A stretch of DNA of 64,000 nt from Spirochaetia bacterium UBA5763 (lineage in GTDB: Bacteria; Spirochaetota; UBA4802; UBA5550): NCBI GenBank assembly GCA_002418835.1, contig DIEX01000031.1, forward strand, positions 137,617-201,616. Direction: 5' to 3'. Position numbers and translations under genes: made by a program. Positions 54,820-63,292 of the stretch are shown one piece after another. Positions within the stretch are counted from its first letter, which is position 1, and every line of letters starts with the position of its first letter. A model generated the notes under the pieces. That model was given only the letters and a program-made list of their open reading frames with translations. It was not told where the DNA came from and made no database searches.

Positions 54820-57472
54820 GCCCCGTGTCTTTAAGGAGCTTCCCGATTATGCTGTCAGCAGTGAAGAATTTAGACCGCTCCAGTGCCGCGATGTTCATCT
54901 TATCCCTTGTTCCGGTTTTGCTGAAGTGAATAACAACAGCATCAGCCATCTTCTCTTTAGTGTTAACAAGATATCCCGATTTTTCATTCTCGATAATATC
55001 TCTTGGCCCCTTGGTGTTGTATGATACAACCGGGCATCCGCAGCTGAAGGCTTCAACTATTACATTGCCGAATGTATCAAACCTTGAAGGGAGTATAAGA
55101 AGGTCCGCTGCTGAATATATATCGGGGAGAGAGTTGTGTTCAACCCATCCCAGAAATTTTGCGTCCGGTATCTCCTTCTTCAGTTTTTCCTCTTCCGGGC
55201 CTTTCCCTGCGATGACAAGTTTGAGTCCGGGGATTGCTTTTTTTGCTTTGCTGTAAATAAAGGGGAGTTCGTTCACGCCTTTCTCTTCGCTGATCCTCCC
55301 TACATAAAGGAGTACAGGAGTTTTGTCGTCAATATCGAACATCTTCTTCTTCGTTGCATCGGTCTTTCTGAATTTCTCATCAACCCAGTGTGAAGTCAGT
55401 TTAACCTCTGTTTTTTTGAACTCCATCTCCGGCCCGCTGAACCACTTCTTCTGTTCCTTGTTAAGAACCAGCACTCCGTCATAAGACCTGTAGAAACCGC
55501 GAAGTATCCTGCGCAGCCGGTTCATCGCAGGGTCAGAGAAGTTCAGAGTATCCTTTGCAAATGTGATCCAGTCAGTGTGAACAAAGAAGTATGCAGGCAC
55601 AGAATATGCTTTTTTCAGAAAGATTGAGATGAGTCCCATGGGCCCCTCAGTGGAGCAGAGTATCCTGTCGTATTCCCCCTGTCTGAACTGTTTGTGTATA
55701 TCGAGAATATTCGGTATCCTTATAGGCTGGTCTTTATAGAACGGGGGAGTGTAGACCGCAACAGGCTTTACCACCACAAGGTGCTCCTCCGGCTTAAGTG
55801 TGTCGCTGCATACAAGCAGGTCAATGGGGAGATCCCTCTCCTGTATCTCATCCAGCATGTGGCGCAGTGACATTGAGACTCCGTTCCCGTCTTCGAGTGT
55901 GTCTGTGAGCCAGAGCATCCTCTCAGGGAACCTCAGGTCATCAAGTTTTTCGGCAAAGGCGTTCAGCATCCCCCGTGCTTTGTACATCACCCTGCTTGAA
56001 GCATAACTTGCTGATGAAATAACTGTTGAAGCAAGAAACGGGAAGGTGAGCCCGTCAAGGAAATCCGGGGCATTGATGCTTGATATTCCGTTTCTGACAC
56101 CTTTATCTTTCTTCCCGTTGCTTTCGAATATCCGTCTTACATGGCCAGGTACTTCCAGTGTGCTTATAAATCCTTCCGCGCTTTTAAGCGCGTCCTCACC
56201 GCTTAAGTTGAGCGCTTTAAGTTTATCGTTAAGCCTGCTGAACATCAGGTTGAAAAGAGACCTGTGTATCTCCTCAATTGATTTATCAAAGGCCTCGGCC
56301 ATTTTCTCCGGAGTTTTATTCCGTACGTCAGCCATTGAGGCCGCCTCTGTGAATATAGGCTTGTAGTCTTTCGGCACCATCAGTTTCTTTGCAAAGCCGG
56401 GTGCATCTCCCAGCAGACATTCATGAAACAGTGTGAGAAAGTTCACGGTGAGCTTGTGCCTCTGGAGTTCAGAGAACCCGTTGATTACCATGAAAGAGAG
56501 GAGCTTATCCTGTGTGGAACCTTTGTGAAGCAGCAGCCTCAGAAGTCCGGGGTCCTTCATGTTCATCACAATCTGGCAGAAGTAATCGAGAAAAGAGACA
56601 GTCATCTTCTCCGTGTTGTTGTAACCACCGAAGGGCGCCGCGTCACCGTCAAGGAGTGTCTCAAGCGCCAGTACGCTTGCGGTTTTGTCCTTCAGTTTTT
56701 TCTGCAGGTTTTTCACGTAAAGCCTTGTGCCTGTGAGTCCGGTAAATATCCCCATGTGGGAATCTGAGCCGCCGTAGCCTCTCCTTGTGTACGGGTTGCG
56801 GCAGTAGTCTGAAGCTTGAATGCAGAACTTCTTTTCATACTTTTCAATGGAGTTCCGGGTCATGGACTCCACCCATTTTTTAACAAGGAGGTTCTGCCAT
56901 GTGTCCCTTTGCCCGTTAATAACCTCAAACCTTTCAAAGACAATGGACATCTTGTCAAAGAACTCCATGGGGAGCTGTTCATTATCCTGGTAGTGGTAGA
57001 GCGGGTGCGCCCAGATTGTGGGTATATTGTTTTCCAGAGCGAATCTCTGGAACCTGTAAGTATCATGTCTCAGTTTAAGGAGCTTCTCCTCCTGCGCCGG
57101 TGTAAATCCGTAGGCAAGTACATGTATCTTCGCGTCATAGTCCGGGACAGTACAGCTGAATTCAGCCCCTGTAAGAATATCGTATCCTTTATCCTGCAGT
57201 TCATAGCAGGACCGGGCGTTGTTGTGATTTGTCACAGTGAAGGTGTCGCATTTGTGTTCTTTCAGTGTGGCTATAAGGTCTTCAGGGGGGAGCCATGTCT
57301 CCGGGATATTAAGCATCCTCCCCACAATCTCATCAGGTTCGCTGCTGTTTCTGTCGTGGCAGTGAAGGTCAATGGTGAGAGCATCTTTTTCCGGAAACCT
57401 CAGGGATTGCTCGTAATTAAATACCGACATCTCCCTGTTGATCTTTTCAAAAAATGTTTCTCTGTAATTCAT
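54812..57472 (-). CDS. fusion protein: N-terminal PHP-family phosphoesterase domain + C-terminal GT4 (group 1) glycosyltransferase
   Basis: 886 aa; PHP motifs IDLHCHDRNS, VTNHNN, GAEFS, WAHP, GGSDSH in first about 250 aa; C-terminal about 380 aa GT4 with GRISEEKG...LVIAGKGPEE...FGNVIVEAFSCGCPVV (E-x7-E region); stop overlaps GH13 start by 8 nt. Confidence 0.7.
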   Translation of the reverse strand: MNYRETFFEKINREMSVFNYEQSLRFPEKDALTIDLHCHDRNSSEPDEIVGRMLNIPETWLPPEDLIATLKEHKCDTFTVTNHNNARSCYELQDKGYDILTGAEFSCTVPDYDAKIHVLAYGFTPAQEEKLLKLRHDTYRFQRFALENNIPTIWAHPLYHYQDNEQLPMEFFDKMSIVFERFEVINGQRDTWQNLLVKKWVESMTRNSIEKYEKKFCIQASDYCRNPYTRRGYGGSDSHMGIFTGLTGTRLYVKNLQKKLKDKTASVLALETLLDGDAAPFGGYNNTEKMTVSFLDYFCQIVMNMKDPGLLRLLLHKGSTQDKLLSFMVINGFSELQRHKLTVNFLTLFHECLLGDAPGFAKKLMVPKDYKPIFTEAASMADVRNKTPEKMAEAFDKSIEEIHRSLFNLMFSRLNDKLKALNLSGEDALKSAEGFISTLEVPGHVRRIFESNGKKDKGVRNGISSINAPDFLDGLTFPFLASTVISSASYASSRVMYKARGMLNAFAEKLDDLRFPERMLWLTDTLEDGNGVSMSLRHMLDEIQERDLPIDLLVCSDTLKPEEHLVVVKPVAVYTPPFYKDQPIRIPNILDIHKQFRQGEYDRILCSTEGPMGLISIFLKKAYSVPAYFFVHTDWITFAKDTLNFSDPAMNRLRRILRGFYRSYDGVLVLNKEQKKWFSGPEMEFKKTEVKLTSHWVDEKFRKTDATKKKMFDIDDKTPVLLYVGRISEEKGVNELPFIYSKAKKAIPGLKLVIAGKGPEEEKLKKEIPDAKFLGWVEHNSLPDIYSAADLLILPSRFDTFGNVIVEAFSCGCPVVSYNTKGPRDIIENEKSGYLVNTKEKMADAVVIHFSKTGTRDKMNIAALERSKFFTADSIIGKLLKDTGLA

Positions 57473-57642
57473 AAATTCTCCGGTTCTTTATTCTTTTCTT
57501 ATAATTTATTCTTCTGCGGAGAATAAACCCTGTTTTTGTTAAGAAAATATAAGGGGGATGTTCAGATTCTGTTAATAATCTGCGGAGTTACAGGAGTTAA
57601 TGAATTCTATGATGAAATTATGTAATGCTATATGTTATGATG

Positions 57643-58089
57643 CTATATAAAACCCGATTTATGTCTAAAAGCAGCCTTACCGGAGCTGTATGCTAAGTTT
57701 GACGGAGAGGAATCGGATAAAATTCGAAGCGGTATAGGAGCAATACAGGAAACAGCCGGCAGGAGAGATAAAGCTGATGTCAGATCTGATTCTCTCGCAG
57801 CATTAAGGATAAATGATGATATAAAGAAATTATATCCTGTGCGTTGTTTCCTTGCGGCTTTTACGTTCCAGAGGTTCTTCTCTTCTGCTGTTAATAATTT
57901 CCATCTATTTACAGCTTCAGCAAAGAGGTCACGGTTCTTCTGCTGCGCTTCTGTTCTGGGATTGCGGGGGATTACATGTGACCTTACACATGTTTTACCC
58001 ATCCTGTTGTAATAAATAAGCCTTCCGATATTTCCTTTGAAATTCATAAATGTGGGGTTGAGTTCAGCTTTTGCCATTGCTTTCTCCAT
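57643..58089 (-). CDS. hypothetical protein
   Basis: ORF 57643..58167; probable start at internal Met (MEKAMAKAEL..., or ATG 58077 with GGAG RBS); no recognisable domain. Confidence 0.35.
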   Translation of the reverse strand: MEKAMAKAELNPTFMNFKGNIGRLIYYNRMGKTCVRSHVIPRNPRTEAQQKNRDLFAEAVNRWKLLTAEEKNLWNVKAARKQRTGYNFFISSFILNAARESDLTSALSLLPAVSCIAPIPLRILSDSSPSNLAYSSGKAAFRHKSGFI

Positions 58090-58186
58090 TTTATCTGTAT
58101 TTATATATACGGCAGAAGAGGAGATTTTGTGAAAAAATTTTCGGCGGGGATGTGCAGTTTTTTGCATGAATACAGGAATTATGATG

Positions 58187-59053
58187 TTATAAATTTTTCT
58201 TCACAGGTATGCGGTTTTCACAGGGCACACCAACCTGACATTTGCCGCATCCATACCTTGGATGATGTTCCTCCATTGTCCTGTCAAGAAACTTTGAACA
58301 GAGATAATGGTCTTTCCCTTTCTCAAGAGAAATGGCCCCTGCCGGACAGTTTTTCACGCATGCCCCGCACATGGTACAGTATTCATATATTACGCTGTAA
58401 TTTCTCTGATCCGGTTCAAGCTGAAGTTCTGTAATGATACTTCCGAATCTCCCGGCAATCCCCTTTCCAGTAATTAGACCTTTCGAAAGTCCGAATGTCC
58501 CGAGTCCGCAGATAAATGCAGCGTGCCTCTCGGACCAGTTGCTGGAAAATGGCGGGACACCGGCACCTGTCTGTTTATATGCTGATTTTGACGGGTCGCC
58601 TGTGCTTGCTGTAAACCTGCTGTCAACTGACGGGACAAGACTTTGATATCCTGCTTTAATGAGCATTCCCCTTATGTGGTTTGCCAGCCTGTTAACAAAA
58701 ACCTGTCCCTCAATGCGTCCGTGCAGCCATTCATCTGAGGGCCATGAGAAATTCATTTTATTGCTTTTCCTGATCTGTTCAGTGAACGGCAGAAAAAAGG
58801 ATATTACTGTTTTCGCACCGTGAAGCCATTCATCCGGGAGAATAAAATGCCGGCCTATAATGTTTTCATCTTTCAACCTGGAGAAAAGAGGGTCATCAGC
58901 AGATCCGTATGCGATGAGAGGTTCTTGAAAAATCCTGAGTCCTGCCAGCTTCGGGGTGATTGCTGATGAATCTGAAATAAAATTATCAGCAGAGCTCTCT
59001 GTAAAACGGGCAGCAGTATTTATTATTTCTTTTTTCCATTCTGTCATGTTCAT
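58187..59053 (-). CDS. 4Fe-4S ferredoxin-domain protein (QueG/reductive-dehalogenase-like cluster arrangement)
   Basis: 288 aa; CTMCGACVKNCPAGAI then YGCGKCQVGVPCEN, two Cys clusters arranged as in QueG/RdhA C-terminal region; N-terminal domain unrecognised. Confidence 0.45.
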   Translation of the reverse strand: MNMTEWKKEIINTAARFTESSADNFISDSSAITPKLAGLRIFQEPLIAYGSADDPLFSRLKDENIIGRHFILPDEWLHGAKTVISFFLPFTEQIRKSNKMNFSWPSDEWLHGRIEGQVFVNRLANHIRGMLIKAGYQSLVPSVDSRFTASTGDPSKSAYKQTGAGVPPFSSNWSERHAAFICGLGTFGLSKGLITGKGIAGRFGSIITELQLEPDQRNYSVIYEYCTMCGACVKNCPAGAISLEKGKDHYLCSKFLDRTMEEHHPRYGCGKCQVGVPCENRIPVKKNL

Positions 59054-59286
59054 TACTTATAATAATTATAAAAGGTAATATTATAAGCATTAATGTTTAA
59101 AAAGCATTGTCAATATATATTCTTATATTATTCTTCCAGTCCATTCAAAGAGGTTTATGCGAATGAGTCCTGCAAAATTCTTTTTATGCTGCTCAGGGGC
59201 TTTCAGAAAAAAATATAGTATAGCTTTAAAAGCAGTAGTTATTTTAATATTGCTTTTAATGTAATATTACAATAAATGGTGAAGAT

Positions 59287-59850
59287 ATGAAACCTGCACT
59301 ACTGATAATAGATATGCAGAATGATTTTCTCCTCCCCGGCGCACCTGCTGAGATTTCCGGTGCTATAAAGATTGTACCGGCAGTAAAGAAACTCCTTTAT
59401 TTCTGCCGTGAGAGAAAAATCCCGGTATTCCATGTAATACGTCAGTACAGATATGACGGCAGTGACATCGAGAATTTCAGGAGAGAGGGGTTTCTGCAAA
59501 ACGCAAGGTATCTTGTGCCGGGAACACCGGGAGCTGAGATAATTTCTGAACTAAAACCTGCGGAGGGTGAGTATATCATCGTAAAGCCCCGGTTCTCCGC
59601 CTTCTTCTGCACTGAACTTGAACTTATACTGAAGCGTATCAAAATTGATGATATTGTTATCTGCGGAGTTCAGTACCCCAACTGCATCAGGGCCACTGCG
59701 CTGGACAGTGTTTCTTATGATTACAGTACAACCGTGATTACTGATGCTACTGCTGGCGCTGATGATGAAATTGAAGTTTCAAATATCAGGGATCTGATGA
59801 ATATTGGCGTGAAATGCGTGACTTTTAAAGAGTGGAGTAAGCAAATCTGA
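59287..59850 (+). CDS. isochorismatase-family cysteine hydrolase
   Basis: 187 aa; LLIIDMQNDF N-terminus, catalytic Cys region IVICGVQYPNCIRATALD. Confidence 0.8.
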   Translation: MKPALLIIDMQNDFLLPGAPAEISGAIKIVPAVKKLLYFCRERKIPVFHVIRQYRYDGSDIENFRREGFLQNARYLVPGTPGAEIISELKPAEGEYIIVKPRFSAFFCTELELILKRIKIDDIVICGVQYPNCIRATALDSVSYDYSTTVITDATAGADDEIEVSNIRDLMNIGVKCVTFKEWSKQI

Positions 59851-59865
59851 TTTGAGGAGATAACT

Positions 59866-60483
59866 ATGAATATATACCTTTACATTTTAAATACACTCTC
59901 TGACTGGGAGATCGGATATATCACCGCTGAATTGAACAGCAGGCGTTATACCGGTAAAGATAAGCCTTTCTCTCTTATTAAAGCCGGCAATACTTTAGAG
60001 CCTATAACCACAATGGGTGGTATTTCCATTACCCCTGATATCACAATTGATAAAATTAAATTTAATAAAGATGACATCCTCATACTCCCTGGTGCTGACA
60101 CATGGATGGGAGATGAAAATAAAAAAGCAATAGATATTGCTTGTGAGCTTTCTGATAAAAATATTACTGTTGCAGCAATATGCGGTGCTACAGGTGCCCT
60201 TGCAGCAGCGGGCCTTCTGAATAACCGGAAGCACACAAGTAATGACCTGGAGTACCTTAAGATGTTCTGTCCGCAGTATACAGGTTCTGATTATTACCTT
60301 GAGGAACCGGCAGTTACTGACGGCAGCCTGATAACTGCAACGGGCCTTGCACCTCTTGAGTTTTCGTATCAGGTTTTCAAAAAAAGTGGTTTAATGAAAC
60401 CTGAAACACTGGAAGCCTGGTATAATTTAAACAGAACCAGAGAGCCAAAATATTTTTATGAACTTATGGACTCCGTGAAGTAA
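59866..60483 (+). CDS. DJ-1/PfpI-family (class I glutamine amidotransferase-like) protein
   Basis: 205 aa; LILPGAD...AAICGATGALAAAGLL nucleophile elbow pattern. Confidence 0.65.
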   Translation: MNIYLYILNTLSDWEIGYITAELNSRRYTGKDKPFSLIKAGNTLEPITTMGGISITPDITIDKIKFNKDDILILPGADTWMGDENKKAIDIACELSDKNITVAAICGATGALAAAGLLNNRKHTSNDLEYLKMFCPQYTGSDYYLEEPAVTDGSLITATGLAPLEFSYQVFKKSGLMKPETLEAWYNLNRTREPKYFYELMDSVK

Positions 60484-60689
60484 TAAAAATTTAAAAAAAG
60501 GTACAGGTGCTGAGGTGTCTGGAGGCTTGAATCAAACGCTCCATATGATCATTAATGCTGATAGAGTGGTTGAAATACAGGAAATTTGCAGGCTGACTGA
60601 TGATAATATTTCACCATCCTGAACTTAAAAGAACACTACAATATTAAATGATTCCTGAAATTCATATAAACTGAAGGTTAAAGATTACC

Positions 60690-61196
60690 ATGAAAAAAAT
60701 AATTGCATCAATGATTCTGCTTCTCGCTGTATCCGCATATCCTGTTGATGAAAATCAGATACGTGAATGGGAGAGAACAACCTGGAGGCTCAACATCAAC
60801 CTCACCAGTGAAAATGTCCAGGGGGGAGCGGTGCAGTTTGCAATAACAGAGAAAGATCCCCGTGACTCTTTCCGTAAAGATTATAAAAAACTGAAGGACC
60901 GCTCCATACAGGAGAAGAGGTATGATGCAGATAGTGAATTCTCCCTTAAACTGGTTGCATGGGACGTACAGTTCAGGGAAATAAATGGCGACGAGGTTTA
61001 TCTGCTTGTTAAGGGTGACGTAAACGGGTTCTCGTCAAATAAACCGGACATGAAGTACTACCTGGTTACAAAGGCGACTGTGATAAAAGGGAGGCCTGCT
61101 GTGTGGTTTATACCGGTAAAGGCAAAGACAGGTAAAGAGAAGAGCATTGTTCTTAACGACAGCAATGTTATCTATCTCGATAATCTTCTGAAGTGA
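60690..61196 (+). CDS. secreted hypothetical protein
   Basis: 168 aa; signal peptide MKKIIASMILLLAVSAYP. Confidence 0.45.
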   Translation: MKKIIASMILLLAVSAYPVDENQIREWERTTWRLNINLTSENVQGGAVQFAITEKDPRDSFRKDYKKLKDRSIQEKRYDADSEFSLKLVAWDVQFREINGDEVYLLVKGDVNGFSSNKPDMKYYLVTKATVIKGRPAVWFIPVKAKTGKEKSIVLNDSNVIYLDNLLK

Positions 61197-61266
61197 AGCA
61201 GCTAATCATCAATAGAAGTCTTTATATATTAAGCAGCCCGCTAAATCATAACTCCCCGGTGGACCA

Positions 61267-61410
61267 TCATTCGGTATTGTCGGATTTGTAGTTGATTTTT
61301 TCGCCGCAGATGTGGCATGGAATTTCTTTTATTTTTTGTAAAGCACCCGGATCATCGCACTCGATGTTTCGTGTGCATCCGCATTTGCATGTGCCTGAAA
61401 TTTTAATCAT
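61267..61410 (-). CDS. 47-aa cysteine-rich small protein (zinc-ribbon-like), not in ORF track
   Basis: MIKISGTCKCGCTRNIECDDPGALQKIKEIPCHICGEKINYKSDNTE; GAGGAG RBS 11 nt upstream; starts 22 nt after YkgJ stop on same strand. Confidence 0.5.
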   Translation of the reverse strand: MIKISGTCKCGCTRNIECDDPGALQKIKEIPCHICGEKINYKSDNTE

Positions 61411-61432
61411 GGCGGCTTTTTCTCCTCTGTTA

Positions 61433-62260
61433 TCAGTGCTGTTGATAATCTTTTATTGTATTTGAATCTGATGCTTTATTTTTTTGGTCAGATAGTAATC
61501 TCCCCATCATCTTTCCGATTGAATCATTATGTATTGTAAATATAGCGCTCATAATATAGCTGCATTCAGGGTAATGAATACCTTTCGCCCGTGTATCAGG
61601 TATGCCGTTGTTTGATCTGCAATATTCGTCTGTCTCTTCTGCAAGATGTACCCTGCATACAAAGGGGCGGACCTCCCAGATCCTGCAGCTCCGGTCATCC
61701 ATATTAAGGAATATGCAGGATCTGTCCTCATCCGGCTGACCGTCCCACTCCGTTCTCCCTGTAAAATTCCCCGATGAGTCGAACTCCATATATTTCTGCT
61801 GGCGGTTAAGTTTTTCGAAGTCTATATCAATACTGTTTTCTATGCAGTAGCTGTAGATAAGTGCAGCTTCTTCATCTGTGCAGGCAACGGGCTGGAAACA
61901 GCAGTTTGAACATCCCCTGCGGCAGTAAGGAGGACGGTAACCCTCTTGTCTGTCAATATCGAGTTGGTATTCAATTATCTTGTCAATTATCCTGTGGCAA
62001 ATACGTGTGCGGTTTTCGCCGAATTCATTGTACTGCTCAGACCATAGTTTAAGCTGGTCCCATATCTCCTCTGCGGGGATACTGTGTTCCGTAAGTATCA
62101 GAAATCCGTAAAGATCCGGGTTTTTTCCATGAAGTATATTCTTATCCATCCATTCATGGGCTTCGTTGACATATTTTTTCGCGGAATCCGGATTTTTACG
62201 GGCAGATTTTCCCTTCCCCCCGCCGGAGAAACCCGGCCTGTCACTGCGATATATTTTCAT
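61433..62260 (-). CDS. YkgJ-family (UPF0153, CxxCxxCC putative Zn/Fe-chelating) protein
   Basis: 275 aa; CRRGCSNCCF motif plus downstream CIFL..CRIW..CRVH cysteines characteristic of PF03692. Confidence 0.65.
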   Translation of the reverse strand: MKIYRSDRPGFSGGGKGKSARKNPDSAKKYVNEAHEWMDKNILHGKNPDLYGFLILTEHSIPAEEIWDQLKLWSEQYNEFGENRTRICHRIIDKIIEYQLDIDRQEGYRPPYCRRGCSNCCFQPVACTDEEAALIYSYCIENSIDIDFEKLNRQQKYMEFDSSGNFTGRTEWDGQPDEDRSCIFLNMDDRSCRIWEVRPFVCRVHLAEETDEYCRSNNGIPDTRAKGIHYPECSYIMSAIFTIHNDSIGKMMGRLLSDQKNKASDSNTIKDYQQH

Positions 62261-62323
62261 CTCCGTCCCCGGATTTTCAAAATTTAAAGTGCAAAATTTT
62301 ACTTAGCGGTATTTATGGCACAG

Positions 62324-62671
62324 CTAAATAACTTCTGCTACAACTGTTCCGTTGTCATAATCAATCTGTACATCAATGGATGACGCATGGAACGATTTAG
62401 CTTTAGTGCAGGTTTTCGATATGACTTCGCATAGCTGCTTTCTCTGCAGATCATTCAGAAGCCTGTTGTTTGCTGAAAGCTGAATGTCCTTTAATTCCGG
62501 TTCAGGCAGGTTGATTACCCGTAGCATATAGGTTTTATGATAGCATGATACTTCATACTTCCAGAAAACCTTTTTGTTTCTGGTAACCCAGTCGCCTATT
62601 GTTTTGGAAAGCTTCATCTTTTCAATGGCTTCCTGTTTTCTGTCTGAGGATACATCTTTAGTGGTGTTCAC
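62324..62671 (-). CDS. hypothetical protein
   Basis: 115 aa, no recognisable motifs; sits between MarR and YkgJ genes on same strand. Confidence 0.4.
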   Translation of the reverse strand: MNTTKDVSSDRKQEAIEKMKLSKTIGDWVTRNKKVFWKYEVSCYHKTYMLRVINLPEPELKDIQLSANNRLLNDLQRKQLCEVISKTCTKAKSFHASSIDVQIDYDNGTVVAEVI

Positions 62672-63105
62672 TTCTGTTTCCCTCCCAGTATTTTATGCAT
62701 GTATTTTGATATTGATTCCAGAGAACCAAGAAATTCATTTTTTTCATCCTCTGAAAAACCGTGTATCAATGATTCCAGGTATTTATCAAAGTCATTCCTT
62801 ATGAGAGTTGTTGCTTTAACCCCGTTTTTAGTGAGGGATAACTTTGTAATCCTTCTGTCGTTTTCAATAGCGTTTCTTGTGATAAACCCGTTTTTTTCGA
62901 GACAGTCCACTGAACGGGTAAAGGAGCTTTTTTCAATACCTGTCATCTGGCTTATTTCAGACATGGAGCTGTTTTTGTTTTCATCAATGAGCATCATTAT
63001 GTTTATCTGGGTTTTGTTGATATTGAGACCAAGTTTTGATATGTCGTGATCATAAAAGACTTTTTTAACAAATTGAGGGAGAATCGTTATTCTGTCCCTG
63101 TACAT
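62668..63105 (-). CDS. MarR-family transcriptional regulator
   Basis: 145 aa; winged HTH (SMSEISQMTGIEKSSFTRSVDCLEKNGFITR); stop overlaps next gene start by 4 nt. Confidence 0.8.
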   Translation of the reverse strand: MYRDRITILPQFVKKVFYDHDISKLGLNINKTQINIMMLIDENKNSSMSEISQMTGIEKSSFTRSVDCLEKNGFITRNAIENDRRITKLSLTKNGVKATTLIRNDFDKYLESLIHGFSEDEKNEFLGSLESISKYMHKILGGKQK

Positions 63106-63150
63106 AATCCCCCCTGTAAGAGAAAAGCCTGAAAAGTTGTAAATTTAACA

Positions 63151-63164
63151 GTTGTAAATACAAC
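63151..63164. promoter_or_regulatory. candidate MarR operator (perfect palindrome GTTGTA-AA-TACAAC with adjacent direct repeat AGTTGTAAAT)
   Basis: located about 45-60 bp upstream of MarR start codon; MarR regulators bind palindromic sites overlapping their own promoters. Confidence 0.35.
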
Positions 63165-63292
63165 CATTTTCAGAAAGAAGGGGTTTTTGTCAATAAAATA
63201 TTATAATTTTTTCCATAGTGAGGTTGGAACGCTACAGAGTTAGTCTGTAAACAGAATATGCGGGATTATCAGCGGATGGCAAAATTTCAGGT

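Noticed and set aside
57490-57600. Direct repeats TCTGCGGAG (x2) in the intergenic region upstream of the PHP-GT4 gene
   Set aside because: There are only two short 9-bp copies with no further periodicity, which is insufficient to call a CRISPR array or regulatory iteron.
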